Source: an uncultured Syntrophorhabdus sp. (lineage in GTDB: Bacteria > Desulfobacterota > Syntrophorhabdia > Syntrophorhabdales > Syntrophorhabdaceae). Taken from it: a DNA stretch of 32,000 bases. Location of the stretch: assembly GCA_964468285.1 (NCBI GenBank), contig CAYYKG010000018.1, positions 21,742-53,741 of the forward strand. The letters are read 5' to 3'. This document shows positions 31,677 through 32,000 of this stretch, piece by piece. The stretch's first letter is position 1. Each line of letters starts with the position of its first letter. The notes under the pieces were generated by a model, which was given only the letters and a program-made list of their open reading frames with translations, was not told where the DNA came from and did not search any database. A program made the translations under genes and the position numbers.

Positions 31677-32000
31677 TTAGACACCCCGCGCCGTCGCCCA
31701 CTCGGAAAAAATAGCCCGCGGGCTGGACCGATGATCAATCCACCAGCTCGCACTGGTTTTTTTTGTGAGGTCGTCGATAAACTGCTGCCAGCCCTGGAGC
31801 GCTCCATCCCCCCGGTACGCCTCGTTTGCCCCGGTGCGGAGCCTGCCAACCATATAATCTTTGTCCTGGTCGAGCTCGATGAGGATTTTCGCACGCAACG
31901 TCTGCGCCCAGGCGATCTGTCTGTCCGTGCCAGAGAGCGCCGCGAGCCTGGGGTGGAGCTCCGTGCAGGCCTTCTCGGTCTCGCGCGCCAGGCGGCGACG
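31677..32000 (-). CDS. C-terminal part of a hypothetical protein (ORF open to the window end)
   Basis: The frame of track ORF 31677-31898 has no stop upstream to position 32000 (RRRLARETEKACTELHPRLAALSGTDRQIAWAQTLRAKILIELDQ...), so the gene probably starts outside the window. Confidence 0.45.
   Translation of the reverse strand, partial: RRRLARETEKACTELHPRLAALSGTDRQIAWAQTLRAKILIELDQDKDYMVGRLRTGANEAYRGDGALQGWQQFIDDLTKKTSASWWIDHRSSPRAIFSEWATARGV

Noticed and set aside
29888-31680. Long plus-strand ORFs 29869-30456, 29888-30700 and 30697-31680
   Set aside because: They are the reverse frames of the ankyrin/RHH operon. The minus-strand frames show canonical ankyrin repeats, strong RBSs and ATGA couplings.

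Overview
Accessory-rich 32-kb window from a diderm (Gram-negative-type) bacterium, GC-rich by eye with visibly AT-richer inserts. Positions 1-17.7 kb, all on the minus strand, form a polymorphic YD/Rhs toxin island. It holds the first ~2.9 kb of a teneurin-like giant toxin gene (open to the window edge, so absent from the ORF track) and three tandem small Cys-rich secreted paralogs. Next come an FG-GAP/VCBS repeat protein with an Rhs-like leader, and two orphan rhs core+toxin fragments with AT-rich candidate immunity genes. The island ends with an orphan PLA2-like toxin cassette plus membrane immunity candidate, an IS1182/IS5-type IS, and a full-length 1349-aa Rhs toxin with its immunity candidate, preceded by a fourth Cys-rich paralog. 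Positions 17.9-28.9 kb hold a complete type II secretion system: gspG is divergent from a tightly overlapped gspD-E-F-H-I-J-K-L-M-(C-like) operon. The right end has an orphan AbiEi-like regulator and a minus-strand operon of two paralogous ankyrin proteins, an unlisted 52-aa RHH protein and small unknowns. Main leads: (1) an apparently uncharacterised family of four small Cys-rich secreted proteins sharing a C-terminal TD-x-NAGG-x-C-x-G-x-C-D module, located directly upstream of each large YD toxin gene, with an echo of the motif near the Rhs N-terminus; (2) Sec-signal YD toxins with no T6SS/PAAR parts in the window, co-directional with gspG and adjacent to a full T2SS; (3) an rhs array with an 804-bp perfect repeat, a cassette-swap scar and an out-of-frame chimeric mini-rhs. 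All functional calls rest on motif reading by eye; no database search was possible.
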